Positions 20,163 through 31,785 of a DNA stretch of 64,000 bases are shown here, one piece after another (the first letter of the stretch is position 1; each line of letters opens with the position of its first letter). The stretch lies in NCBI GenBank assembly GCA_964620945.1, contig CAZUIE010000003.1, forward strand, positions 405 through 64,404. Reading direction: 5' to 3'. A model generated the notes under the pieces. The model saw only the letters and a list, made by a program, of their open reading frames with translations, searched no databases and was not told the origin of the DNA. The DNA is from an uncultured Maribacter sp. Its GTDB lineage: Bacteria > Bacteroidota > Bacteroidia > Flavobacteriales > Flavobacteriaceae. The position numbers and the translations under genes were made by a program.

Positions 20163-20372
20163 TTAAGAATACGACCTTGGCCATTTTTTTGCAGCCATGT
20201 ATCCCCAGACCGATATCTCCATAGCACCAAAGAGCCATACCAGATCCTTGATAAAGGGTATACCGACCAAAATGAAGAAAAAAAGCAAAAATGGGATTCT
20301 CAAGAAACGTTTGAACCTAAGCAATCCTTTCATAATAATGACCATGAAAATGATAAAACCCAGAAAGGGCAA
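20163..20372 (-). CDS. Small hydrophobic membrane protein
   Basis: 69-aa ORF with hydrophobic stretches; start uncertain. Confidence 0.35.
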   Translation of the reverse strand: MPFLGFIIFMVIIMKGLLRFKRFLRIPFLLFFFILVGIPFIKDLVWLFGAMEISVWGYMAAKKWPRSYS

Positions 20373-20426
20373 CTATTGATATAAGATTTCAATGGATATC
20401 ATATAATTCTCGCTTAGTAATTTATT

Positions 20427-20694
20427 TCAGACTCCTATCGAGTTTACCTTGCCCGATTCCAAATTCACGAACGCCCCGTGCTTCTGTATCCGCTTATGGT
20501 ACAACAACCGAAACAGACAGTCGGACTCATGGGCGACCAATACATCCTTGATAAATAAGGATTGCTCGTTCAGCTTATTGGAGTAGGTACCCCCTTCCCT
20601 CTGTGAGGTCCAGGTGTCGAGCGCATCCAAATCGGGGAAAAAAATTGACGATGCTTTTAAGTTTGACCGCCATTTCAAAATCTTCTCGTTCCAT
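20427..20694 (-). pseudogene. Small hypothetical gene, probably frameshifted in a T7/C4 run near 20635-20644
   Basis: MEREDFEMAVKLKSIVNFF joins PDLDALDTW... with a 1-nt deletion. Confidence 0.35.
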
Positions 20695-20861
20695 TTTTCA
20701 CTCTACATAGATCAATGTTCCCAAAAAAATTGCCCTTTATTCACGCTGTTACTCAAATCCAAACAGTAGTACCTAGCTGTATAATAGTAACTATTGCTGT
20801 TGTTGTGTCGAATTGATTACTCCAATGGCGTTTCTAACTTAAAATAATTGTACTGGAATCG

Positions 20862-21311
20862 TTACAATAGGCCTTCATCGGCAAGACTACAATAATCACC
20901 GTTAGGGGTGATTATTATATGGTCCAATACCTTGACATCGAATAACTTTGCCGCCGCCTTTATTTTATTCGTGATGTTTTTATCCGCAGTACTTGCCTTT
21001 AAAGTACCACTAGGATGGTTGTGAGTGAGAATGATACCCACGGACAATGATTTTAATACCACCGCGAACAAGATTCTAATATCCACCAAGGTACCGACCA
21101 GACCGCCGGTCGATAGTTCATAGATTCCTTTTACCTTATTTGCGTTGTTCAGCAGCACTACCTTAAAGCTCTCATGTAGCCCTATGGTGTTTTTGTCCCA
21201 TGTGTTGAAAATTAGTTCCGCTGCTTCCTTTGACGAACCAATCTTATGCCAAATGTCCGCTCGAACTCGACTATTGTAACTTATCTTGATTTCGCTTACC
21301 TTGCATTGCAT
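20862..21311 (-). CDS. JAB/RadC-domain protein
   Basis: ESFKVVLLN, HNHPSGTLKAS..D, LDHIII motifs. Confidence 0.92.
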   Translation of the reverse strand: MQCKVSEIKISYNSRVRADIWHKIGSSKEAAELIFNTWDKNTIGLHESFKVVLLNNANKVKGIYELSTGGLVGTLVDIRILFAVVLKSLSVGIILTHNHPSGTLKASTADKNITNKIKAAAKLFDVKVLDHIIITPNGDYCSLADEGLL

Positions 21312-21918
21312 ATCTTATGGGTTTGAGGTTCTCTACTACCATCAAGATACGCCCAAACCTTGGGGAATCCCCGTAAAATCATTCAAAGTGCCACCCTTGG
21401 CTTCTTTTCTCCCTATCCACAAAAAGGCGCCCGATAGGGCGCACATTCATATATAGGAACTATACCAATTAAAATATTGAAAATTTGCTGTAAAGATGTA
21501 AAATGTAATAGTACCGTAGCGCTACCAATCAATTAAGGGAGCATATTATTTTGTTTGAAAAACAGTATAAAACGGTTCCGTAAAACGTGAATTTCCGGAA
21601 CTACTAAAAAGAACGACAAATGGAACTGGGATATGATATTTTTTCACGTCAATTCGATTGTACCGTAAAACGGCCGTTTTATGGTACTATAGATCAATTG
21701 GATAAATTCTTTTTACCATGTTACCGCAGCTACCTTCGCGCTATTACTGTTAAAACAATCTATGCTAAAATAGTATTTCTGACTTTAAAAACTTATGCTA
21801 AGAGAACAAATTGCGTAAATGAATCTCCGTTTTTTAAACATAAAAAGAACTGCTTTAAGTCATCTTAGTGACCTGTTGATGGAACTATTTTATATACAAA
21901 TACATATAACAACAGTAC

Positions 21919-22472
21919 TCAATCTGTACGCTCGAGTTTAAACTGCCCGTTTACCATCTTTATTACTTCAGGAGTTTCGGGAAATGTTGTCTCGGTAGCG
22001 TTGATTAAGGTGCATTGAAAACGCCCTTCTACCTCGGTGCTATCTTGATTGAACCGATCAATAATAAAATAGTTCTGTTCGGAATCGTAGTTCTCGCCAA
22101 GTTTAAAAGTTGTGATTATCCATCACCTTGGGCATAAAAATATATTGGTTCACTTTTCTCAAAAGAATTATCGGATGGGGAAAAATAGATTTTTTGCTCT
22201 ATGGCAATACCTGCCGGAATATTAAATACAAATTTTTCCTCATAACCATCCAACTCCCTTTCCAATTCAATATAAAAGTTTTTGTCAGCGGGGTCGGAGA
22301 AGACCTTGATAAACCGTTTCTTTTCTGCTACCCAGCATTCATCGTTCCAAATCATTTTACCGAAAAGAGTACCCGTCACACAATCCTCGATTGAATCTAT
22401 TGGAACTGAATTATCGTCGCCGGAACAAGACAATAGTGTCACAAAAAAAACCATCCAATAATATCGTACCAT
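21919..22472 (-). pseudogene. Lipoprotein, frameshifted near 22118
   Basis: Lipobox LLSC; after AQGDG* a shifted frame continues IITTFKLGENYD...VEGRFQCTL...NGQFKLERTD*. Confidence 0.6.
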
Positions 22473-22474
22473 AA

Positions 22475-24332
22475 TCATCGCTGTACTAAAAAAGGTTTCG
22501 ACCATTCTTCGGGACCGCCTACTGCTTTCAGATAATAGAGGCCATCATTCAGACCATCTATCTTTAATTCATCATTTGTACTCCCCGAATTATAAATTCG
22601 ACCATCAAAAACTTTAAGTCTACGACCTGTGGAATCCCATATCGAAAATGACAAACTCCGCTCGTTATGTAAAAGTATCTGTACTTCCAGTACATCTTTC
22701 GTGGGGTTCTGGGAAAGATGGATGCTTTCAGTCTCAAAATCGGCTAAAAATAGAGAGTTCGTCCGCATTAGAAATTCCTTGATCTCCACTTACCTGTTTA
22801 GAACTGTATCCGCCAGCGCTCCAGTTCCTAATGCTCATGACACGGCTTGCCACAGCACCGCTATTACTACAGGTAGCGGTCAATTTAACGTAGACCGTAT
22901 AGGCTGTAGGGGAGAAACCGCTGTAATAACGGCCACCACAGTTGGAGGTCGAAAATTGGTAGTAGTTAAACCCGTTATTACTATAACGCCATTGATGGCC
23001 TATAGTTGGAGCATTACAGCCATAGGATAACGCTGGACACCATGTGAATGGACCTGAGGAACTATAAATCTGGGTCGGTCCGCTTATAAATATACTAAAG
23101 GATGGGGCAGGGTCGGTTCTAAATTGCGAAACTGCACAGGCATTGGCCTTGATTCTCCTAACAACATCTCTCGAATTGACAATCCCTGTAGGAACTCCAT
23201 TGAAATCCACTGCCGGATTGGAAAAATTGTCCAGACTGCTAAATTGGTTTTGATGCATTATGGTTTTTCGGCTAATAAATGTTGGTGCTCCTTCATTGTA
23301 GGCGTAGCCCCGATCATAACCACTTGGCTCATTTTCGTGTCGCCCGCCTAACAAATGCCCCACTTCATGTTCAAAGGTTTTCGGACTTAAATCGATTTGT
23401 ACGATACCGTAGGCGTTGTTAGGATTTGCAGAGGTATTTACATAAGCAATTCCACTATTAATATAATTGCCGTCAGTATAAAGTATGACCAGATCGGCAT
23501 TATACTGATTCCGCAAAGAATTAGCGGTCGGGGTATTATCCCTTAACTTATTTATGTCGGAAAATATATTACTAGTTTCCGAAAACCCAGTGAGTTTTCT
23601 GACCCCAGCCAGTTGAAAGGTAAGATCCGATGCGGTAATACCGCTATTGCGAATAGCCTGATTGAGGTCGGCAATTCCCTGATTGGCTCGACTGGTTGGG
23701 TTTAAACCTGTATTTTGAGCATTTTGGGTATATAGCACCAAGATTTTTACTATCGGAGATCCTGAGCAATTTTGTTTTGAGGTAATGGTATCATCTGATA
23801 AGCCTTTATCATTTAATACCTCACTTGCTGTGCAGTATTGCTGTGCGAGCTTTTCTTCATCCATTTCCAAGACAAATTATAAACGGTCCCGTCCATTTTT
23901 GCCAAGGCCCAAATCCTCTATATGAAATAGTTTACCTTCCAACTTTATAGTGCCATAGCAACTTCCCTTCTCTACTATATACGATATGGTACCTATTATA
24001 CTGGCGTTTTTGTCAAGAATGTCACCATGCCAAGTGTAATTATTGTCATCTTGGTGTTCGACATGCTTACCGTAAGCGGTAATTTGACCTTTGCGGCCAG
24101 GTATTTGAAAGGTTATTGCTCCCTCTTTTTGTAATTTCTTTATACTTCCAAGCCTTACAGCGTACATTTTCTTTAAGAAAGGGCTGCTGCTGAGCTGGTC
24201 GATTTTGTTTTGCCCTTCTCGCGTCAAATTATTGGACTGAATTAGAGTTTCTTCAATTAATCCGGTTTGGGAATAACCGTTAACGGCTACGAACGCAATA
24301 AAGACAAAAAGCAGGTATTTTAGTGATTTCAT
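22475..24332 (-). pseudogene. Metzincin (M12B/reprolysin-like) metalloprotease with T9SS domain; one nonsense codon plus one frameshift
   Basis: Signal peptide at 24332; in-frame TAA 23877-23879; HEVGHLLGGRH zinc motif and TIM Met-turn; sorting domain (SQNPT...GLYYLK) in another frame from ~22790. Confidence 0.8.
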
Positions 24333-24805
24333 GATTTTTGTAAGGCTTAAGAAGGTTATTTGTAGTTAAATTTAGTAAAATATAAACGTCAACCCTTTTT
24401 TCCTACAACATATATGACGCCATCGATATTGTCATCTATATACCTTTAGTAGGATGTTCAAAATGAGCAAGATAAATTTTATGATAAAGACCAGAAACAT
24501 TAGAAAAAACAGTCCTAGTGCAGGTTCAAAAGTATTGCATCGAGATTACCGAAAAAAGGAATGTTTTAAACTCAAGCCGGTAGAATACATTTTAAAGTAT
24601 TCTAGCTATCGGTCAAAAAATGGATTTGCTCAGTTCTGTTAAACCAACCTTTTTTGTTACTATCCTTTAATTAAAAAATAAAGCTAGTTCGGCATTGATT
24701 TGAAAACTTCAATAAGGGAGAAGGTAAGAACCTTTTGGTATGGTCCCATATGTACTTTTATATAGTTCCTATTTTAATACTATTAGGTTTTGAACAGGTC
24801 AAACC

Positions 24806-27800
24806 TTAAACAGCCCGTTTTCGTTTAAGCGTTTTAATTTCATGTTTCAAAACCTGCATTTTTGCTATTTTCTCACTAGGAAAACCAATGGCCGTTTTTT
24901 TACGGTGGGTTTCCAAAGTACGCAGATTATAGTTTATATCGAATTTTTTCGATTTGATTTCCCCGTCTACTTTTTGACATAGCTTTATAACTTGCAGCGC
25001 CACTTTTTCAGGGTCGAAGCGCTGCTGCTTTCTACCGGAAATGTGTACATTTTTGAACTCCAATCTAAAAGAGTAAAGATAATGCTCGTTCGAAGGGATA
25101 TAGTCTGCCTGAAAAACGAGATTCGCATTTAACGATGGAAAATGGGCGACCCTTTTGTGTTTTTGAATGTTCAGATTTAGCTTTGACCGTTCTACGATTA
25201 TAAAACCTAGATGCTTCATAAACTCTTTGGGCTCCTGATTCAAGAGTTCTTTGGATACAAGAAGAGAATTTGATATTAGATGGTTCAGTCCTTCCTTTAA
25301 TTGAGACGAATCTTCGAATGCATCTTCATCGATTGGTAAATTGAAGCCTTTTATTACTTTTTGTGCGCCTTCAAGCTCGACCAATTGTGAGATGATTTCT
25401 TTGTTCTCCTTTTCGATACGCTCAATCGCCTTAAAGGAATTTGCTTTGTTGAGCTCATGCAATCGTTTCTGCGACTGTAAAAACTTAAGGTCGTCGGAAA
25501 GCTTTACCAATTGAAACTGGTCCATATCGCCAATAAGGGCAGCCTGCATCTGTTCGTAGGAGAGGCTTTTGTCATCGGGTACGAGGTCGTCATAAACACG
25601 TTTGTTCGGGTCGGCTTCTCGAATCTGTTCCCGGAACTTTTCTTTGTGCGTGTTAAGGGAATAAGAAAAGATATCGGTGGAATCCTTGATGCCATAGAAC
25701 CGCTCTACCACCGTATTGTTATAAATCTGCGCCACTTCATTGCCCTTTCTTAGACCGCGCCCGGCTCGTTGGTCAAAAGCATCGGGGGAATAGGGAATAT
25801 CCATATGAAAGATGCCCACCACCCTTTTTTGGATATTGGTGCCCGTACCTAAAACCTGAGTGCTTCCCAAGGCCACACGAATTGAACCGTTCCGAATTTT
25901 TTCTTGCATTTGATCTGTTCGGTTCCTCGCTTTTTCCTCTTGGGCCAATGCGATTTCATTTACAGGGATACCATAGTATTCACGAAGTATCCCGCGCACC
26001 GTATCATAGGAATTGTACTGGCCCGGTTTCCAAACGTTCAAGTCGGAGAACACCAAGCACACCCCTTTGTGTTCCGATGTTTTTTTGTAGAGTTCGGCTA
26101 CATCGCGACAGAGGCGTTGCAATTTGAACTGGTCAAGTTCCGTAAATTTTACGGCCATATTATCCTTGGCAAGAGGGTCAATCAAAAGGGACCTATTAAT
26201 ATTCAAAGCAGTAATATGGGCCGATTTCATTTGTTCTTTATCATATATTGGCAACTTGAAGAGTGCCTTTTGGTTTCGGTTCTTCGTAAAATCGAGAGAG
26301 GCCTGTTTGAGTTTCTCATAGGCAGGAGTGGACTCCAAAATGATAAATTCTCGGTCGACCTCTAGGTCGTGGGTCTTGAAATGCTTGTCACGACAGATGT
26401 GGGTAAAGGAATTGTACATCTTGCTCAACTCGGGGAGGTTGGTATAATACCGAAAACGGGCGTGCATCCGTGGGTCGCCAAAAATATTGGGTTCAATGCT
26501 TACGCTCTGTTTTAAAAATATTGATGCCCAGGCATCGAAATTAAAGATGTTCTTACGTTTCAATGCCGATGGTGTTAAGTAGCGTTGATAGGCATATAGT
26601 TCAGTAACCGAGTTCTTTAATGGTGTACCGCTGTAAAAAAAGATGTTACTATCCGTTCCCATTCGCGCATGGACGGATTTGATACTGATTTCAAGGTCAA
26701 GGTTTCTTTGACTGTCTGAATGATTGTTGAGACCCGATACGTTCTGGTGCCGCGTCGTGAAACCGATATTCTTAAAGTAATGTGCCTCGTCGATCATCAG
26801 GGCTTCGATACGCAAATCGGTCAAGGTGGTTTCGGTTTCCGTCGAACGCTCTTTTAATTTTTTTAGGGTCGCCTGTAGCTTGTCTTCCAAATGTTCCTTT
26901 CGTTTGATCATGCCCTTGATCAATTTTTTGGATTCCTTACCGTTTCCATATTGCTTTGCGGTTTCCAAATCCTGTTCTATCATCTCGATTTTTTCTTCCA
27001 AGGTCTCCAGCACAAAGTTCCGCTCTTTTGGAATTTGTTTTAAATGACCGTGCTCGGCAATGATCAGGTCAATGGATTTGTTGTTTTTAATGGTGCGTAA
27101 GGTTTTAGGCCGCTTGCTTTTGGCCATATTTTTGGAATTTAGTCGAAGAATGTTCAATTCGGGAAAGTTGGCCCTAATTTCCGTTTCGATTTGAGGGGCC
27201 ACGCTTTTTAGCGTAAGCAACATCGTACGTTCGCTTTTCCCGTGTTGTTTCAATTTATAGCCTAACATGGCCATAGAAAGGGTCTTTCCCTTACCAACCT
27301 GATGGTCGTTCAACGCACTTCCTTTAGTAAGCCCGAACAAGGTGGAATCGATTTGATGCTGATAGGGCGGGTACACCAAGGTTTCCGGAAATCTGAGCCA
27401 GCCCGTGGGTACGGAAATGTTGATATCGGCCAAAAATGCATTATAATAGTTGTCTTCGATGGTAGCTTTCAGTTCTTGTTGCCCTTCGATAAAGGATTTG
27501 AAATGGAGCTGTAGTTCTTCGTACAGGTTTTGTGCCATTAAGGTAGCGTCCTTATCCAATTTTCGAATCGTCTTCCCGGAACTGTCCTTATATGAAGTGA
27601 AAATAACGGGATACCTGTTTTCCGCGAAATGTTGCAATATGCGTTTGTAGCCTGCCTTAACTTCACGGTGCAACACTACGCTAAAACGTTCATGTGCCTC
27701 TAGATTATATTCCCTTGGAAATAGGAGTGTCAAGGTCGAATTGAACTGACCTACATTAATCCTTACTTTTTCGTTGATGAGATCTTCTAAAAAGGATTCC

Positions 27801-29812
27801 TTCGCGCTAGTCGGGATAAAATGACTTTCGAAATTGAACTCGATATCATTTAAGCCCAGTTTTACAGGCAACAGATCTGCTAAGGCCTGTTCCATTTTTT
27901 CAGATTCGATTCCGTATGGTGTGGGATTGTTCTGAACATAATCGATTTTATCCTGGATGTAGCCGCTGGAAAATAGAAAGTAGGGAACTGTTCTGTATCC
28001 TGTTTCGGATTCCGAATCAGGTTCCAGAAAAAAGGAACGGGTTTCGAGCCCGGTCAAGAGCAGGTCTTTTTCATTGGTCTTGAACGATTGCGCTATTTCG
28101 CTGATATCGATTTCCCCATTTTGATCGAACTGGTACCGCACCATTTCTTCAGGATTCCCGAATCGATTACTATTAGCCGTTACATCCTGTTGCTTCTTGG
28201 TTGTCGGTATTTGTATTACTACCTGGTCTACAGGTTGCGATCGTAAGAATCGTTGCAGGGTGAATTCAGGGTTTTTACCATAGCCTTGACCTGCCATCTT
28301 CTTCTCGAACTGCTGCCGAACCTGCTCAAAGTAATGGTCTTCTTTCAGAAATATTAGATGCCCCTTAAGGGACCCCCATTTGAAATGGAAAGTGTCCAAC
28401 TGGTAGTCGATATCCTGAAATCGTTTTGTGATGTCCTCTCCCGAAAGTCTGCCTTCATCTATGTTCAGGTTTAAAAGCACTAGGTCGTTTCGCATACGGG
28501 CGTAATCCTGTACCAGCTCCGTGATTTTGTTTGGCACTTTCCTAACGCTGTAGGGGTCCGTGTAAAACAAGATTGCTCCCTTTTTGTCAAAATTGTAGCT
28601 CCCAAAAAATAACCGGGTAAATTGTTTGGCATTAGCGTCGTGCAATTTTATCGGTACCGAACCAACTTCCAATTCAAGGGGCGTTGCTGCTACAGCCCTC
28701 TCCTTTTCGCGTGCTGAGGCCTTGGAAACAATTTGCTGGACTTTTTCGGCGGTTCGAGGTGGAGCAATACTTACAAAGTCAAAACTATTGGCCTGCCGTT
28801 CCAAAAACTCGGCCAGGGGCGTGCCGTCAGTTTCAATGATCATACTTGGTCGGTTATGGAAAAAACCCAATTTTGGTGTACCGTTAACCTGTTCGGAATT
28901 ATTTTTGAAATATTGATTTGTCAAAAAGCTTTGACCTTTCAGTTCAATACTTTCAGTTTCCACAAATTGCAGTTCCCTTTCGGATAGAACGCTTTTGTTC
29001 GATGTCTTTCGATACAGCAATAGGTCCGAAACAACCTTGGTCCCTTCTTTGGAGAACAGATTGGTATTGAAACGATTGGCTAGGAGCAAGTCGTTTTCGA
29101 ACAGAATTCTTTGTCTGAAATCAGCATAGGCACTTCGTTCGGCGAAGGCCGAAGAGGTAATCAAAGCTGTTATACCGCCTTGTCGGACCATCTTAGGGGC
29201 GTAAACATTAAAATAGTTGCCAACGTTCTTGAGTGGGTTTTCCGTGAGATAGTCGTGTTGATACGCCTTGGTAATAGGGATGTCCCCAAAAGGAATATTG
29301 GTCATGACCAAATCGAATTGCCCTTGCTTATCATAATTTAAATAGTAGTCTTCGAAAGGGATGTTGAGTACCGTTACATTTTTAGTTTTGACGTTGTTGG
29401 ACTTAAGTATTTCGAAGGATAGGATATCCGGTTCCAATGCGGTAATCTGGGCATTGGGAAAAGCTTTTTTCAATTCTTGAACATACGCACCATTTCCTGC
29501 CGAAGGTTCCAATATGGTCTTTGGTTCGAAACCATTTTTTTTCAGCAGGTTGATTTTATACTCGATGATAGCTTTTGGGGTATAATAGCTGGTAAGATGG
29601 TATCGTTTAAGGGAATCGAGAATTTCTTTTGAAGTTTCCGGAAATGCTTGTTCGATAGTTTGTAACAGCTCGTGTCCTACGTTTTCCTTTCCTTTTGGAG
29701 GATAGAACAACAGCTGCCCCAATGTTGCCAAGCCGCCATTATTGATATAAAAATTACCGGGATTTGCCGTTTTTATCGCTTCAAGAATCCGCGTCAAAGT
29801 ATCATTTTTCAT
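24806..29812 (-). CDS. DNA methyltransferase-SNF2/SF2 helicase fusion (DarB-like, typical of ICEs)
   Basis: YYTP, ILEPSAGNG, TNIPFG methyltransferase motifs; HQVGKGKT, IDEAH, SGTP, QRAGRGLR helicase motifs. Confidence 0.9.
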   Translation of the reverse strand: MKNDTLTRILEAIKTANPGNFYINNGGLATLGQLLFYPPKGKENVGHELLQTIEQAFPETSKEILDSLKRYHLTSYYTPKAIIEYKINLLKKNGFEPKTILEPSAGNGAYVQELKKAFPNAQITALEPDILSFEILKSNNVKTKNVTVLNIPFEDYYLNYDKQGQFDLVMTNIPFGDIPITKAYQHDYLTENPLKNVGNYFNVYAPKMVRQGGITALITSSAFAERSAYADFRQRILFENDLLLANRFNTNLFSKEGTKVVSDLLLYRKTSNKSVLSERELQFVETESIELKGQSFLTNQYFKNNSEQVNGTPKLGFFHNRPSMIIETDGTPLAEFLERQANSFDFVSIAPPRTAEKVQQIVSKASAREKERAVAATPLELEVGSVPIKLHDANAKQFTRLFFGSYNFDKKGAILFYTDPYSVRKVPNKITELVQDYARMRNDLVLLNLNIDEGRLSGEDITKRFQDIDYQLDTFHFKWGSLKGHLIFLKEDHYFEQVRQQFEKKMAGQGYGKNPEFTLQRFLRSQPVDQVVIQIPTTKKQQDVTANSNRFGNPEEMVRYQFDQNGEIDISEIAQSFKTNEKDLLLTGLETRSFFLEPDSESETGYRTVPYFLFSSGYIQDKIDYVQNNPTPYGIESEKMEQALADLLPVKLGLNDIEFNFESHFIPTSAKESFLEDLINEKVRINVGQFNSTLTLLFPREYNLEAHERFSVVLHREVKAGYKRILQHFAENRYPVIFTSYKDSSGKTIRKLDKDATLMAQNLYEELQLHFKSFIEGQQELKATIEDNYYNAFLADINISVPTGWLRFPETLVYPPYQHQIDSTLFGLTKGSALNDHQVGKGKTLSMAMLGYKLKQHGKSERTMLLTLKSVAPQIETEIRANFPELNILRLNSKNMAKSKRPKTLRTIKNNKSIDLIIAEHGHLKQIPKERNFVLETLEEKIEMIEQDLETAKQYGNGKESKKLIKGMIKRKEHLEDKLQATLKKLKERSTETETTLTDLRIEALMIDEAHYFKNIGFTTRHQNVSGLNNHSDSQRNLDLEISIKSVHARMGTDSNIFFYSGTPLKNSVTELYAYQRYLTPSALKRKNIFNFDAWASIFLKQSVSIEPNIFGDPRMHARFRYYTNLPELSKMYNSFTHICRDKHFKTHDLEVDREFIILESTPAYEKLKQASLDFTKNRNQKALFKLPIYDKEQMKSAHITALNINRSLLIDPLAKDNMAVKFTELDQFKLQRLCRDVAELYKKTSEHKGVCLVFSDLNVWKPGQYNSYDTVRGILREYYGIPVNEIALAQEEKARNRTDQMQEKIRNGSIRVALGSTQVLGTGTNIQKRVVGIFHMDIPYSPDAFDQRAGRGLRKGNEVAQIYNNTVVERFYGIKDSTDIFSYSLNTHKEKFREQIREADPNKRVYDDLVPDDKSLSYEQMQAALIGDMDQFQLVKLSDDLKFLQSQKRLHELNKANSFKAIERIEKENKEIISQLVELEGAQKVIKGFNLPIDEDAFEDSSQLKEGLNHLISNSLLVSKELLNQEPKEFMKHLGFIIVERSKLNLNIQKHKRVAHFPSLNANLVFQADYIPSNEHYLYSFRLEFKNVHISGRKQQRFDPEKVALQVIKLCQKVDGEIKSKKFDINYNLRTLETHRKKTAIGFPSEKIAKMQVLKHEIKTLKRKRAV

Positions 29813-29818
29813 CGCGGA

Positions 29819-30184
29819 CTATTGAAGGGATTTGAGTATGGCCGCCTTTCCTTCCGGCTCTTTTTCGTTTAGCGCGCCATAGATACTCAGCAGTTCCTTA
29901 TTGGCGTATTCGAGGGCAATCGGCCCGGTATGACCGTCGTCGAGAAACTGTTCCTGTAATCGGGCATGGAGGATATGGGCGTTGATAGCGAAATCCATTC
30001 GGTATTCGGCAGCGTCAAGATGCGCCATCAGGTTGGGATATTCGTCCAAGGCGTAATAGCAAAAATGAAGGTCGGCGGTACATTCATCCTTGGCCAGCTC
30101 AGTTTCCCAATTCTTGATGGTTTCGGGATGCTCGGTTCTGAAGGCCATAGTGTTATCGATACGTAAGAGTTCTTCTTGTTTCAT
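29819..30184 (-). CDS. Hypothetical ICE protein (DUF1896-like)
   Basis: Position upstream of the methylase-helicase; ..EHP...DG....ALEYANKELL pattern. Confidence 0.5.
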   Translation of the reverse strand: MKQEELLRIDNTMAFRTEHPETIKNWETELAKDECTADLHFCYYALDEYPNLMAHLDAAEYRMDFAINAHILHARLQEQFLDDGHTGPIALEYANKELLSIYGALNEKEPEGKAAILKSLQ

Positions 30185-30194
30185 TGTTTTGATT

Positions 30195-30512
30195 TTATAA
30201 GGATTCGTTCAATTTATAAACTAATTCCAAATCAGTTTCTCGACTCCCTAGAGAACTGTTAAGCTCGATAAGACGGTCGTACAGCATATTTTTGAAAACC
30301 ATTATCGTGCTCAACGTATTGCAGTGGTAATCGATGTGACATTCCTTTTCGGAAAGGATGGTTAGCCTAAACCTCTTTTCAAGCGTGTATCCAATGTAAT
30401 GGGGTATCATATCGGCAGCTATGTCCATTATATCCGTAATACTGTCCATTAAAAATATATCGTTCAGAATAGTGTTCCCCATCGGATCGGTAATTTTGAT
30501 TTCAAATAGCAT
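30195..30512 (-). CDS. Hypothetical protein
   Basis: ORF in the operon; ATG 4 nt after the upstream stop. Confidence 0.6.
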   Translation of the reverse strand: MLFEIKITDPMGNTILNDIFLMDSITDIMDIAADMIPHYIGYTLEKRFRLTILSEKECHIDYHCNTLSTIMVFKNMLYDRLIELNSSLGSRETDLELVYKLNESL

Positions 30513-30516
30513 AGGT

Positions 30517-31776
30517 TCAAATTGAGATTTTAAAAGTTTTTTGTTTGTGCGACTTTGCAGTTTCCGATGCAGTTGCACGTTCACGAGACGCCATGTAGAT
30601 TCGATAATAACGAGGGTAATGCTCCTTTAACGATGTCATCGGTCTGTATTCCTTGAGCTTTGGTTTCTGCCCGTTTTTCATTAAGGCATAAAATGTATTG
30701 CCGGAACCGTGATGTTCAATCAGCGTTATTACGGTTTTGGTACCGCGAACGGAAATTTCATCTGACTTGACGAAAAAATCTTTCTTTTTGAGCACATCGT
30801 TTACGACAGCATACTTGAGAAGTTTGGAAGCGCTTTTAGATGCCAAAAAATGGTCCAGTGAAGTCCATTGTTTGAGAGGACTAACATAATTTTTCACATC
30901 CGTCGCTTTTAAGAATAGTTTATCATTAAACATTCCTAGGGAAAGCCCTATTTTAGTTTCGGCAAATGGGGTAATGGATTTTTCTGCAAGCAGGGAACGG
31001 AACTCCTCCGTTGAAAAATAAACACGGTTTTGGTCATCGCTTACGGAAAGATAGGGCACCAAAATTACATAGTCCTTGTGAATGGTGGTCGGCACAAATA
31101 ATCCGTTGTTACCATCTTCGATACGTAAGGGCATCCCTTGGGATAGCTGTTCCAAACTATCGGTCGGTGGCGTGATTTGTTGAATTGCGTTTTGAAAGAA
31201 CTTATTTTGTGAATACATCGTTTGTAGAGCAGCATTAAAAAATTCGAGTAATTTTTTTTGGATAACCGTATCCAAATACACCACGTCTTTATGAAAATAG
31301 CGGTGTTTCATAAGGAGTTTATCAGAAAATGAAGGATAGATTTGTTGCACTAGTTCCAAGTACTGCGTTTCGTCGTTGGTGTGCCAGACCGGACAATTGT
31401 GCACTTTGTTATAGGACAGGTAATTTTTGTTTTCCGATTTGCAATATCCCAATAAAATAGACCTCAATGTAGTATTGCCTTCCAAAATGGTAATACGTCC
31501 TATCGGAGTGATAGTCCGGTCTTTTTGAAATAAAAGGTCTTTGTTCTTTAAGTGCGTCAATTTTTGTTTTATCGCCGTGTTGATAAAACCGGATTCGGCC
31601 AACTCAAGATTTCGAACATAACGGAGTTTTTTCAGGTCGTTCAGTTCATCGGTCGGGTCGACCTTATATTCGAACTTCTGGAATACTCTGAAATCAGGGT
31701 CGAGAAAACGAGACACCAAGTTCCTGACTTTGTAAAAAAGTTGTATCGGATTACGTCGGTCGAATTTTATTTTCAT
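30517..31776 (-). CDS. Hypothetical protein
   Basis: 419-aa ORF with basic C-terminal tail. Confidence 0.75.
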   Translation of the reverse strand: MKIKFDRRNPIQLFYKVRNLVSRFLDPDFRVFQKFEYKVDPTDELNDLKKLRYVRNLELAESGFINTAIKQKLTHLKNKDLLFQKDRTITPIGRITILEGNTTLRSILLGYCKSENKNYLSYNKVHNCPVWHTNDETQYLELVQQIYPSFSDKLLMKHRYFHKDVVYLDTVIQKKLLEFFNAALQTMYSQNKFFQNAIQQITPPTDSLEQLSQGMPLRIEDGNNGLFVPTTIHKDYVILVPYLSVSDDQNRVYFSTEEFRSLLAEKSITPFAETKIGLSLGMFNDKLFLKATDVKNYVSPLKQWTSLDHFLASKSASKLLKYAVVNDVLKKKDFFVKSDEISVRGTKTVITLIEHHGSGNTFYALMKNGQKPKLKEYRPMTSLKEHYPRYYRIYMASRERATASETAKSHKQKTFKISI

Positions 31777-31785
31777 GGCCTATCG

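Noticed and set aside
21620..21868. 82-aa plus-strand ORF
   Set aside because: No motif, opposite to the local gene orientation, AT-rich intergenic context
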